A DNA stretch of 64,000 nt from an uncultured delta proteobacterium (lineage in GTDB: Bacteria; Desulfobacterota; BSN033; UBA1163). How positions within the stretch are numbered: position 1 is the stretch's first letter; each line of letters starts with the position of its first letter. The stretch covers positions 224,001-288,000 of the forward strand of contig CAVPSJ010000017.1 of the NCBI GenBank assembly GCA_963708295.1, given 5' to 3'. Below the pieces are notes generated by a model. It searched no databases, was not told the origin of the DNA, and worked only from the letters and a program-made list of their open reading frames with translations. Positions 52,706 to 61,930 of the stretch are shown in pieces. The position numbers and the translations under genes were made by a program.

Positions 52706-53233
52706 ACTTTCTAGTGATTCCTTTTTGGTCTTTTTCTCTTTCTGGAAAAATACCGATTCAATCATCTTTTGTGCAGCTATCACACCAGTAAAATTCATAA
52801 GCTTCCAGAGTCGCATTTTTACAGCACTAAACAGGTAAAGCATGTCATCCAAAGGAGAAGAAAGACTTCTTAGAAGATTTCTCAACTTAGTCCCATCTTC
52901 TGGAGAGATATCGACAAATTTTACCCCATACGGATAATAAGCGCCGTCCTTACTCAAATCACTATCCTTCCAAGCCACCTTAACCACCGCTTTAATTGTA
53001 TCCAATTCAGAACCTAAAGAAAAAAAGAGTTTCAAACTTAGATATTGATTTACATCCATTTCTTCGGGGAAATAAATCAGAAACCCACCCTCGCTGATAT
53101 TGCCAGTGTGAGCAATGGATGATCTGATTTGAGAATATTCTATCGGCAGATGGACATCAAACCTCGGATATCTTCTGTTCTCTGAGTCAATAGCTTCAAT
53201 CCGTGGCGTGGTATCTTGTTCCCTTGTTTCCAT
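52646..53233 (-). CDS. PilZ domain protein; C-terminus runs into repeat A
   Basis: RRYPR and NISEGG motifs. Confidence 0.85.
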   Translation of the reverse strand: METREQDTTPRIEAIDSENRRYPRFDVHLPIEYSQIRSSIAHTGNISEGGFLIYFPEEMDVNQYLSLKLFFSLGSELDTIKAVVKVAWKDSDLSKDGAYYPYGVKFVDISPEDGTKLRNLLRSLSSPLDDMLYLFSAVKMRLWKLMNFTGVIAAQKMIESVFFQKEKKTKKESLESPNSPLLDSLFPKVPVDQFP

Positions 53234-53600
53234 TTGTTTTCGTCCTGTCCAAATTCGGGTTTAAGAAACTTCCTATTTGGCAGAGCACCCCCTTATTTCT
53301 CTTGTTCTCCCGATAAACTGCTCACAAATGAAGATTGTTCGCAATTAGTATACCAAGAATTAGGTTATATTCTTTCATTCGTACAACTACTTAGAATTAT
53401 AAGTTTTCTCTCAAAATCGGCTGCATATAGTCCAAAGGCAAGTGTATGCATTACCCTACGATGAGCTGCACAATTTCGTTCACAGAGACGGGATCAACTC
53501 CTCGGTGAAATTATGGGAGTTTCCTCAAAGAAGTGTAATTTCTGGACTGTCTTCATGGAGAGTAAGGCAAAGCCATTTAGAGGAATATAGAAAAGCATTT

Positions 53601-53768
53601 GGGGTCGAATTTCTATTCTCGACTCTGCCTATATTTCACGAAAGTTTCCCTCTGACTCCTGGCTTTCTTTCCATGAAAGCGAAGAAGTATCTGCGCCGCC
53701 ACCCTGATGATCGTTGATTGGAGTATATAAATTTTATGAAAATTGATCAATTGAAACTTTCATCAGAA
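53601..53768 (-). repeat. Repeat A copy 10
   Basis: ggggtcgaat...cgccgccaccctg...gaaactttca. Confidence 0.85.
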
Positions 53769-53772
53769 CATC

Positions 53773-53802
53773 TTGACAATATACAAGGTTTGTATATATA
53801 CT
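53773..53802 (+). promoter_or_regulatory. TA operon promoter with palindromic operator
   Basis: ttgaca, then atatacaa-ggt-ttgtatat, then tatact. Confidence 0.65.
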
Positions 53803-53825
53803 TTATCAAAAGGGAGGTATTGAAG

Positions 53826-54071
53826 ATGAAGTCAAGTACGGTGAATATCTCTTTCAGCGATGACCTCCTGAAGAAGATAGATCAAACGGCACGAGAAGAG
53901 TCTCGATCACGGTCGGAACTCATTCGGGAGGCGGCGCGAGGATACATTGATCGAAAGCGTCGGTGGAAGCAGATATTTGATTTCGGCAAAATCAACGCCG
54001 CCAAGAAAGGGATTGCCGAGGCCGATATCGAGACTGAAATTGCTGCCTACCGCAGAGAGAAAAAGAAATAG
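53826..54071 (+). CDS. Ribbon-helix-helix (CopG) antitoxin
   Basis: VNISFSDDLLKKID..A.EE.RSRSELIREA. Confidence 0.88.
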   Translation: MKSSTVNISFSDDLLKKIDQTAREESRSRSELIREAARGYIDRKRRWKQIFDFGKINAAKKGIAEADIETEIAAYRREKKK

Positions 54072-54479
54072 ATGCTCAAGGTCGTTTTGGATACGAATGT
54101 CCTGATCTCGGCCATTCTCTTCGGAGGTAAACCCAGAAAGATTTTGGAGAAAGCCATCCGTGGGGAGATACGATTGTGTCTATCAGAACCAATGCTGGAA
54201 GAACTCAGTGGGGTTTTGCGAAGGTCGAAATTTGACTACTCTCCTGAGATGATCCAATTCATCCTCACGGAACTGATGGGTATTGCAGATTTCGTGAATC
54301 CATCGGAGACCATTCACGTAGTATTGGAAGATCCCGAGGACAACAAGATCCTGGAATGCGCGGTAGAAGCCAAAGCGAATTATATCATTACTGGAGATTC
54401 TCACCTTCTGAAGCTAAGCAGGTACCTCCATATAGAAGTCCTGAATGCGGCTGCTTTTTTAGAAAAAACCGAGGCGTGA
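54072..54479 (+). CDS. PIN-domain toxin (TIGR00305-like)
   Basis: VVLDTNVLISA, DPEDNKILECA, IITGDSHLL. Confidence 0.92.
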   Translation: MLKVVLDTNVLISAILFGGKPRKILEKAIRGEIRLCLSEPMLEELSGVLRRSKFDYSPEMIQFILTELMGIADFVNPSETIHVVLEDPEDNKILECAVEAKANYIITGDSHLLKLSRYLHIEVLNAAAFLEKTEA

Positions 54480-54481
54480 TC

Positions 54482-54766
54482 ATGATCAAGAACGGTATGC
54501 GTCCTATTCATCCAGGCGAGATATTGCGTGAGGATTACATGGTGCCGCTGGGGCTGTCAGCCGTCGCTTTGGCCCACGCGTTGGGTGTGACGCCCGCCCG
54601 CATCAACGACATTGTGCGGGAACGGCGCGGCATCACAGCGGATACGGCGTTACGTCTGGCGCGGTACTTCGGAACGGATGCGCAATCGTGGATTAACCTG
54701 CAGACCGCATGCGATCTCCGCGTGGCTTCGCCGACACCCTCAGGATTGACGATTGATGATTGTTGA
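54482..54766 (+). CDS. higA: HigA-family antitoxin; C-terminus replaced by repeat A sequence
   Basis: RPIHPGEILRE, ITADTALRLARYFGT..W.NLQ. Confidence 0.85.
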   Translation: MIKNGMRPIHPGEILREDYMVPLGLSAVALAHALGVTPARINDIVRERRGITADTALRLARYFGTDAQSWINLQTACDLRVASPTPSGLTIDDC

Positions 54767-54868
54767 TTGGAGTATATAAATTTTAGGAAATCAAGGGGAC
54801 ATTGGTTCTAAAACAACTTGTGACATATCAATCAGGGATTTGGGGTTGAACCTTTATCCTTGACTTTG
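54729..54868 (-). repeat. Repeat A fragments (copy 11: 54729-54790 and 54842-54868)
   Basis: caccct...gattgttgattggagtatataaatttt; ggggttgaacctttatccttgactttg. Confidence 0.75.
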
Positions 54869-54966
54869 ATAGTGGACGCCTGACACCTTATCTCCCCCTT
54901 CTCGAATAAGAGGTTGAGCAGAAAACGCAGTGGACAAAAGAATCATACTGCCTCTTGTTTACGCTT

Positions 54967-55854
54967 TTACTGCTTCCTGATTACAAGTTTGGTTGCTTCC
55001 AAGCAGGCGGTATTCGGATTTCTTTCAAACAATTCCGACAATATCGAAGCATTTTCCTCTTTTGTCTTTTCGTTCGCTTGTAAAGCCTTGAGCCAATTTG
55101 ACTCAAGTTCTTGCAGATTGCTCCCAAAACCTTCTTCCCATGGCCGTTTCCGACCGGAAAGCTCATAAAACCGCTTCATCTTGTTGACACCATATGTCAA
55201 AATTATATAGTTGCCAAAGGAACCTGCTTCGGCATAGGTTTTTGATTGTTTGGCTCTATCAACAACCATAGGAAAGCCTTCCCCTGTGTCTTTCTGCCCC
55301 CATGATACATGATCTGGCCCCAATTCAGTGAGGGGAATAAACGACTTCATCTTCAAGAACGCCCGTACCCAGTCGTCGCTATAGAATCCACACCCAGGAT
55401 GCGATAGAAGATTGCCGACTTTTTCCTCGGTAGGGACACCCATCATATTGCGAATCAATTTATCCTCATGGGAAAATATTGCGCTTGTAAGTTTGTGTGC
55501 CATATCTTGTGGTGCTCGTTCGGAACCGAAAACCCGAACGATACGTATACGCCGGCCATCCCCTTTTCCCCAATAGAAGACACTGACATAATAGTCACGC
55601 CTACGTGGTACATCGAAAACGACCCGTATCTTTCCTAATTGACTTATTCCGGAATCGGCAGACCAGAACTCGAGGACTTTATTTAGTGTTTCTTGTGCAT
55701 GGTTGGCTAATTGTCTTAGCCGCGCATCTGAAAGATTACCTGTGTTGTCGCTGACTATGAGTTGAGGAGTTTCCAATATCAAGTTAGACGCCTGAGACAG
55801 GGCCGATGTTAGTAGTCCGGCCACAAAAATCGACAACATTGTCGCTATTCTCAT
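54967..55854 (-). CDS. Exported hypothetical protein (weak peptidase MA-like similarity)
   Basis: Signal peptide; AHKLTS in place of HExxH; YAEAGSF..Y....YG. Confidence 0.7.
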   Translation of the reverse strand: MRIATMLSIFVAGLLTSALSQASNLILETPQLIVSDNTGNLSDARLRQLANHAQETLNKVLEFWSADSGISQLGKIRVVFDVPRRRDYYVSVFYWGKGDGRRIRIVRVFGSERAPQDMAHKLTSAIFSHEDKLIRNMMGVPTEEKVGNLLSHPGCGFYSDDWVRAFLKMKSFIPLTELGPDHVSWGQKDTGEGFPMVVDRAKQSKTYAEAGSFGNYIILTYGVNKMKRFYELSGRKRPWEEGFGSNLQELESNWLKALQANEKTKEENASILSELFERNPNTACLEATKLVIRKQ

Positions 55855-55937
55855 GATCGCTTCCTCCCCATATTCAATTTTTCATCCTCGAATGTCTTGC
55901 GCACGGCAGTTATTCAGATGATAAGAATGCTTAATAT

Positions 55938-56110
55938 GGGGTCGAATCTTATGGGCTTCGCCTATACTTCACCAAAGTTTCCTTCTCACCCCGGCTTTTT
56001 TCCCCTGAAAGCGAAGGAACATCTGCACCGCCACCCATTTCATTGACAATTGATGATTGTTGATTGGAATATTACAAATTTTGTGGGAGTTGGTCAACCG
56101 AAACTTACAG
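55938..56110 (-). repeat. Repeat A copy 12
   Basis: ggggtcgaatc...ggtcaaccgaaact. Confidence 0.88.
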
Positions 56111-56190
56111 GGCAAAGGTTGAGTGCTTGCTAAAAATCCGCACATTTCCTATACTCAACGAAAGAAGAATTCGAACACAGGGGGTAACGA

Positions 56191-56796
56191 GTGAGCAGGC
56201 TTAAGGAGTTGCGTACGCCGATTTTCTGGGCGGAAGGCCATCCGGGCAAACTCAACCGGGAGAGGTGGGTCATCGAGGTGAGCGGTCTCTGCGCGAATCC
56301 GAAAGAATTTACCTGGCAGGAACTGATCGCATTACCGAAATCGATTGCCGACGCACGCCTGACGAGTGTCACCAGATTCTCAGTGCGAGGGAGGTGGGGC
56401 GGCGTGAAGGTTGCCGATTTACTCGAAGCGGTCCAGGCTGACTCGGGAAGCCATTATGTCCGTTTCTGGTCTTACAGGATGGTATACGATACCACCCTTC
56501 CTATGGATGTGGCCCTTCGTGAGAGAACGCTTCTCGCTTACGAGTTCGACGACGAATATCTCGAAGAAGATTACGGAGGCCCTGTCAGGGGATTTTGCCC
56601 TTATCTGTGGGGCTACAAGTCAGCGAAGAGTGTTGTTAAGGTCGAATTGCTGGACCGTTATATATCCGGATTCTGGGAACAGCGGGGATATCCCGACGAT
56701 GCCCTCATTACGGCCGGAAAAGTCCGTGACATGAACCAAGGCGGTCGCCTCAGGTCTATTCCAAACGGGGAAGTGATACGATTTCTTGATGAATAG
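56191..56796 (+). CDS. Sulfite oxidase/MsrP-like molybdopterin-binding domain protein
   Basis: W...VSGL..NP..FTW.EL..LP, YGGPVR...PYLWGYKSAK, GFWEQRGY. Confidence 0.85.
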   Translation: MSRLKELRTPIFWAEGHPGKLNRERWVIEVSGLCANPKEFTWQELIALPKSIADARLTSVTRFSVRGRWGGVKVADLLEAVQADSGSHYVRFWSYRMVYDTTLPMDVALRERTLLAYEFDDEYLEEDYGGPVRGFCPYLWGYKSAKSVVKVELLDRYISGFWEQRGYPDDALITAGKVRDMNQGGRLRSIPNGEVIRFLDE

Positions 56797-56838
56797 GTTT
56801 TCCTTGGAGAAAGGGTCCGCTGTCGAATTTTATTCTTC

Positions 56839-58104
56839 TTATTCCGGTTTTCCCACGTACGTCTGGACGGATGACGCCAGCCGCCCCCGTACCTGCCACC
56901 ATATGGCCAGACCCAGCGGCACCACCGCCGCAGCCGCCGCTGCGAGCCCCATGATCCCATAACCGCCCGCAGCATACACCACCCCGCTCCCGATCTGGCT
57001 GGCTCCCGAGGACAGGTTCAAGAGCAAGTCATTGAATCCCTGGGTCTTCGCCCTTTCCCCGGGCGAGAGTTGATCTGCCAGCAGGGTGGAGCCGGCCACA
57101 TAAGCGAAGTTCCAGCCCAGCCCCAGGAGGAAGAGGGCGACTACCAGCGGCAGGAGATTGACGGAAGGCGCCGCCATCAGGCAGGAAAGGATCATGACTG
57201 TCGAGCCCAGGATCATGACCGGGCCTCGCCCCCGCCGGTCGGCCATCCTCCCGGAGAGGACGGAGAAAGCGTACATCCCGAAAGTGTGGGCGGAGATCAC
57301 CAGCGACACGGCGGTCAAAGGGTGCTGGTGAACCTTCATATGAACCGACGTGATGGACATGGGCACCACCATCACCATCTGGGCAAAAGCCATGGTGACC
57401 ATGGCCACGATCACGCCCGGCTGCCGAACGATCTCCGCGAGGGAACGGGTCGCCTCCCGGGGGATCGACGCGGGATGGATCCGGGCGAGCTCCCGCCCGA
57501 CATCGCGGGGGTCCGGCTTCAGTCCACTGAAGATCAGGATCGCCGCCACAACCAGGACGGCGCCACCGACGATGTAAGCCCCCGCCAATTCCGGGTACCC
57601 GGCCCACGTCGCCAGCTGCCCCATCGGGCCCACCAGGAGCGGCCCGAAGATGGCACCCACCGTACTCCCCAGTACCACGTTCGAAATGGCCCGGCCCCGC
57701 TTCGCCGGCAGATAAACCTCGGCGGCGGCAAAGCGACCCAGGTCCACGGCCGACCTGGCCATGCCTACCAGGACGAGTCCGAACAGGAAGAAGGGGAAGG
57801 AACGATCGACCACCGCGGCGACCGCGATGACGGATCCGACAACCCCGACCACCTGTCCCAGTGCCAGCCCCAGTCGCCGTCCGATCCGCTCCATGGTGAA
57901 GCCCCAGACCATCGCCCCGCAGGCCTGTCCTACCACATAGAGGCCGCCGGGCACCCCGGCCATGGCCTGTTTTCCACTCAGGTCAACGCCGACCAGGGCG
58001 TTGACGGTAAAGGCGGCGATGAAGCCAGCGGAGCTGAGGCTCTGGGACAGGAAGAGTACGATAGTAATCTTCCTGGCGATGCGGTCGTAATCCTTCATCT
58101 TCAT
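56839..58104 (-). CDS. MFS transporter
   Basis: About 12 TM segments, RIGRR.G, GR..DRRGR; the upstream ORF extension is repeat A sequence. Confidence 0.9.
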   Translation of the reverse strand: MKMKDYDRIARKITIVLFLSQSLSSAGFIAAFTVNALVGVDLSGKQAMAGVPGGLYVVGQACGAMVWGFTMERIGRRLGLALGQVVGVVGSVIAVAAVVDRSFPFFLFGLVLVGMARSAVDLGRFAAAEVYLPAKRGRAISNVVLGSTVGAIFGPLLVGPMGQLATWAGYPELAGAYIVGGAVLVVAAILIFSGLKPDPRDVGRELARIHPASIPREATRSLAEIVRQPGVIVAMVTMAFAQMVMVVPMSITSVHMKVHQHPLTAVSLVISAHTFGMYAFSVLSGRMADRRGRGPVMILGSTVMILSCLMAAPSVNLLPLVVALFLLGLGWNFAYVAGSTLLADQLSPGERAKTQGFNDLLLNLSSGASQIGSGVVYAAGGYGIMGLAAAAAAVVPLGLAIWWQVRGRLASSVQTYVGKPE

Positions 58105-58115
58105 GAATGTGCTTT

Positions 58116-58205
58116 GGGGTCGAAATATCTGCGTTGGCACCCTGTTGATTCTTGATTGGAGAATACAAATTTTATGAGACTTGGTCAACCGAAACTTTCA
58201 GAACG
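58116..58205 (-). repeat. Repeat A copy 13 (large internal deletion; promoter and GACCCC end kept)
   Basis: ggggtcgaa joined to atatctgcgttggcaccctg...ggtcaaccgaaactttcag. Confidence 0.88.
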
Positions 58206-58308
58206 AAAGGGAAGGGCAGTAGCAGGTTGACTTTGTCGCTGATGATTATCGAAGGAAATAAATAAAAAAGGCAGAGCCTCATTGACCCTGCCTCTTCCGC
58301 TTTCAATC

Positions 58309-60021
58309 CTATCCTTTTGAACTGAAAGGCAGGAGCAGATGAGATACATGCTTCGATGTGTGATGGATGGTATGTACCGTTTCCTTCGGGTTAGGCAAAT
58401 GGCTCCAAACCGGCCATGCAAGAGTCATGTCCAGGCCATCCTTTTGCATTGGATAATCGCAACCCCAGACTTCCAGCTTGATTTTGTGCCCCGCCTTAAA
58501 GAGGTAAGCGATGGGTCGAATGGCAATGGCATATTCATTTATCTCTCCTGGGACGACAGGCACAGAACGCCTGTGAGGATGGTAGGGCTGCCAAAACTTC
58601 GATTTATCCTTATCAAGTTCTCGATGAGATGCTTTCAGCCAACCTCTGCTTAATACAAACTCGGAGCCATCAGGTCTCACGTCTTTCAGTTTGACTATCC
58701 AATTTGCGTCGTCGGAACTGATCGAAGCGTAGAGGGTTAGCGCAATAGGGCCGACGACTTCTGTATCTTTCGTCAATGCCTCGGTAGCATATTCAAGGTA
58801 CTTGGGCGGAGGATTCATGGGATAGATATTGTTAACAACAGGGAAAAGGGGTTTATAATCGAAGCTGTCAGAGGACTCTTCAGTGCTGGGCGGAGCCTCA
58901 CTGAGAAGGTTGTTGGCACTCAGGTAATACCTAGCCCACTTCGCGTTCTTGGGCGGCCACTCATCATAATGCCGCCACTCATCGGCAACCGTAACCCATA
59001 CGCGAATCGGCGGTTCGTCCATGATCCCGGTATCAATCCCTTTTAGCCAGTAGTCATACCATCTCAGGATATCCTCATGGTATTCGTAGAACGGCCTCTC
59101 AGGAACTTTAGGACGGATCACGAGTTTCTTGGGTGCTTTTATCCCCTCCCACGCGTTAAAAGCCCCCGGCAGATGCATCGCGACGGGATAGTGCTGCATC
59201 TCTGAACCCAGGTAGGTTGGCACCTTGATTTTTCCCAATTTCGTATGCGCTGACCTTTCCCAGTAGAATGGGCCATCGAAGGGATGGAGCATAAAGTCGA
59301 AAGTCCCGGGGTCATGGTTAGGAGCGATCAGCGTGCCGTAAAGATAGGGACTTTTGTTGAAGGGCTCGGTATTTTTCATTTTTTCTACGAGACGCTTCAA
59401 CTTGTCCTTGCTATACATTTTTTCCGATGCCGGCTTAGCGTTATTATCATAGATATTATTCCGCAGCGTACGGGTCCATGTCGGGGAAAAGATTCCCCCG
59501 TGATAAACGGTATCCCGGTACAGATCCGTCCAGCCGTCGTGGGGATTGATGGCCTTCAAGTGAGGAGGGCGTTGAGCTGCTACCAGATATTGAATGATCG
59601 CAAACCAGGATATTCCAATCATGCCCACCTTACCGTCGCACCACGGCTGCTTGGCAATCCACTCCACGAGGTCATAGCCATCCTCCTGTTGCTCCTTGGC
59701 AAACCAGGTCCGAAACTCCCCGCCTGACTGGCCTGTCCCCCGATGATCCGCAATAATGTGCGCGTATCCCCTGGTTACCCAAAATTCACTATCCCCCGCC
59801 TCTATGTGAGCCATCTCCGAAGTGAACCCGTGACCTTTTGGTAACTTAAGGGCTTGAACATCCTTACTGTACGGGCACATGCTCAAGAGTGCAGGGAATT
59901 TCCCTTTTGAATCGGGACGACGAACATCGACAGCTACCTTCACACCGTCCCGCATCTTAACGTAAACATTCTTTTCAGTCTTGACTTTGTGGACAGGCTT
60001 TGATCCTTCCTTTGCTTCCAT
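58309..60021 (-). CDS. CocE/NonD family hydrolase
   Basis: MRDGVK...D, PYSK, DGYDLVEWIA.QPWCDGKVGM.GISW. Confidence 0.93.
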   Translation of the reverse strand: MEAKEGSKPVHKVKTEKNVYVKMRDGVKVAVDVRRPDSKGKFPALLSMCPYSKDVQALKLPKGHGFTSEMAHIEAGDSEFWVTRGYAHIIADHRGTGQSGGEFRTWFAKEQQEDGYDLVEWIAKQPWCDGKVGMIGISWFAIIQYLVAAQRPPHLKAINPHDGWTDLYRDTVYHGGIFSPTWTRTLRNNIYDNNAKPASEKMYSKDKLKRLVEKMKNTEPFNKSPYLYGTLIAPNHDPGTFDFMLHPFDGPFYWERSAHTKLGKIKVPTYLGSEMQHYPVAMHLPGAFNAWEGIKAPKKLVIRPKVPERPFYEYHEDILRWYDYWLKGIDTGIMDEPPIRVWVTVADEWRHYDEWPPKNAKWARYYLSANNLLSEAPPSTEESSDSFDYKPLFPVVNNIYPMNPPPKYLEYATEALTKDTEVVGPIALTLYASISSDDANWIVKLKDVRPDGSEFVLSRGWLKASHRELDKDKSKFWQPYHPHRRSVPVVPGEINEYAIAIRPIAYLFKAGHKIKLEVWGCDYPMQKDGLDMTLAWPVWSHLPNPKETVHTIHHTSKHVSHLLLPFSSKG

Positions 60022-60100
60022 GGCTCGTTCCTCCTTTCGCCTGCTGTGTGGGTGCGGAGGATACGCCGACAACAGCGGCTTGGTAGCGCTGATCTATTTC

Positions 60101-61300
60101 CTATCTGCTCCAGGCTGGTCTGGGGTAAACAAAAGGTGTTGTGGCTATGCTCTTGGGCCACACGAGTTCTACCCTGCCACCCTTCGTCTGGACAGCAAAA
60201 CAGAAAGGAGGGGGCAATCCTCTCTTGTCGAAGGTAATTCCTTTTCCGTAAGGCAAATCGAATTTATTTAACCTCAGATAATCCCTTATCTTCGTATTGT
60301 CCAATGTCCCCGCCCCCTGCACGGCCAACTCCAGTGTCTTCATCCAGCTGTAGGCAAAGCCAAAAAAAAGCGGGCCTGCCGGGATTCCCAGCTTCGCTTT
60401 TGCGCCTTCATTGATTTCACGGTTACCGGCAAACGGGAGACGATCATGCCAGAACGCGCTGTTGACCACATGGTTGCCGTCCTCGCCCAGCTCCTTCATC
60501 CAGGCGGGGACAATGGAGGCCAATTGCTGGAAGACGAGTTTGGGATTGTAATTCAAAGCCTTGGCGGCTCTCATGATCATGACGGCATCATCAAAAAAAC
60601 TAAGGCAACAGAGGATCTCAGCTCCTTTGCTTTTGGCCTTGCTTACCAAAGGAGTGGCATCGCCCAAGGGGAGATTATACATCTCATCGACCACCACCGG
60701 TATCCCTCGTTCTTCCATTGCCTTGATGATGTTCCCTTTCGCGGATAAACCCATCACGTTATTCGCCGTCAACAGGGCGATCGATTTCGGCCATTCCGGC
60801 CTGGGAATCAGGTCGTCAAGAACCCCGTTTAAGGACAAATAGATCCAGTCGCTCATGAGAGGCGGGCTGGCAAAGCTGTAAGTAAAACCCTGTTCAAACG
60901 ATTTCATGTGGGCGCCCATTCCAATAAAGACCTTCTTATACTTCTCCACGAGAGGCATCAACGCGACATTCGACGTTCCAGGATAGCCTCCGAAAACCAG
61001 GTCCACCGTATCGATGGTGATAGCCCTCTCATAGTAAGTGACCGCTTCCTCCGTCGTGCCCTGGTCGGGATAGACGGTCATTTTTACAGGACGCCCCAAA
61101 AGCCCTCCCCTCCGATTGACGTCCTCCACCCAGAAATCATACCCTTGCTTGATCCATCTCGATGTTTCCGTATGTATCCCGGTCGCCGGCAATGACCCTC
61201 CTATCTTGATCGGCTGTGCGGATGCCTCTGGATAGCCACAGACCAGGAGAGTCAATAGGGCAAGAATAATTGCTGCAAAAGCGATCTGTCTTCTTTTCAT
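60101..61300 (-). CDS. Branched-chain amino acid-type ABC substrate-binding protein
   Basis: Signal peptide, PIKIG.SL..TG, N.RGGLLGRPV. Confidence 0.9.
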   Translation of the reverse strand: MKRRQIAFAAIILALLTLLVCGYPEASAQPIKIGGSLPATGIHTETSRWIKQGYDFWVEDVNRRGGLLGRPVKMTVYPDQGTTEEAVTYYERAITIDTVDLVFGGYPGTSNVALMPLVEKYKKVFIGMGAHMKSFEQGFTYSFASPPLMSDWIYLSLNGVLDDLIPRPEWPKSIALLTANNVMGLSAKGNIIKAMEERGIPVVVDEMYNLPLGDATPLVSKAKSKGAEILCCLSFFDDAVMIMRAAKALNYNPKLVFQQLASIVPAWMKELGEDGNHVVNSAFWHDRLPFAGNREINEGAKAKLGIPAGPLFFGFAYSWMKTLELAVQGAGTLDNTKIRDYLRLNKFDLPYGKGITFDKRGLPPPFCFAVQTKGGRVELVWPKSIATTPFVYPRPAWSR

Positions 61301-61486
61301 TCCAGCCTCCCTTCTTTTCGTCATCCCGAGAGAAGGTTCTTTCCCCCTTTACAGGGCGGATAGATCATTCTTCCGAGACGGTTGAGTTCTTTTCATCGCC
61401 CAAATTCTTTCCAGGAAATTATCCTCCTCCCCCTTCATTCGACTACTGACTCCACTCTGGCCTCGGGTAGACCAGAGGACGGATTT

Positions 61487-61688
61487 GGGGTCCCAATCTT
61501 CATCCAGGACTTTGCCTGTACTAACACGAGCATTTCCTTCTGACCCCAGGTTTCTTTCCCGAAAAACGAAGAAATATCTGCACCGCCACCCTGTGGATTG
61601 TTAATTGGAATATATCTATTTTGTGAAAATTGGTCAACCGAAACTTTCAGAAAGAGGGACTCACAGAAGCGGGCTAGTTGTCACACCC
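61487..61688 (-). repeat. Repeat A copy 14
   Basis: Full length. Confidence 0.88.
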
Positions 61689-61930
61689 AGAAGTCATTAT
61701 CCAAAGACAACTCTTAGACTCAATAATTACTGGAAGGAGTATTTACGCGGATGCTTGGCCGGGAGGCAAATCGCATTTACTCAACAAACTTGACTATGTT
61801 CCATAGGATTAACACATCCCCCGAGATTAACGCTGAATAAATCTTAAAATTACATTGAAAATTATGCCGGGGTATTTCCTTTGCCCCGCTCGTACGACGG
61901 GGCAAAGGAATGGGCACCCATATTACATGC

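Noticed and set aside
41592-61688. Repeat A as a CRISPR array or integron attC sites
   Set aside because: Units are ~195 bp with kb-scale gene-containing spacers; no cas or intI gene and no attC core-site boxes.
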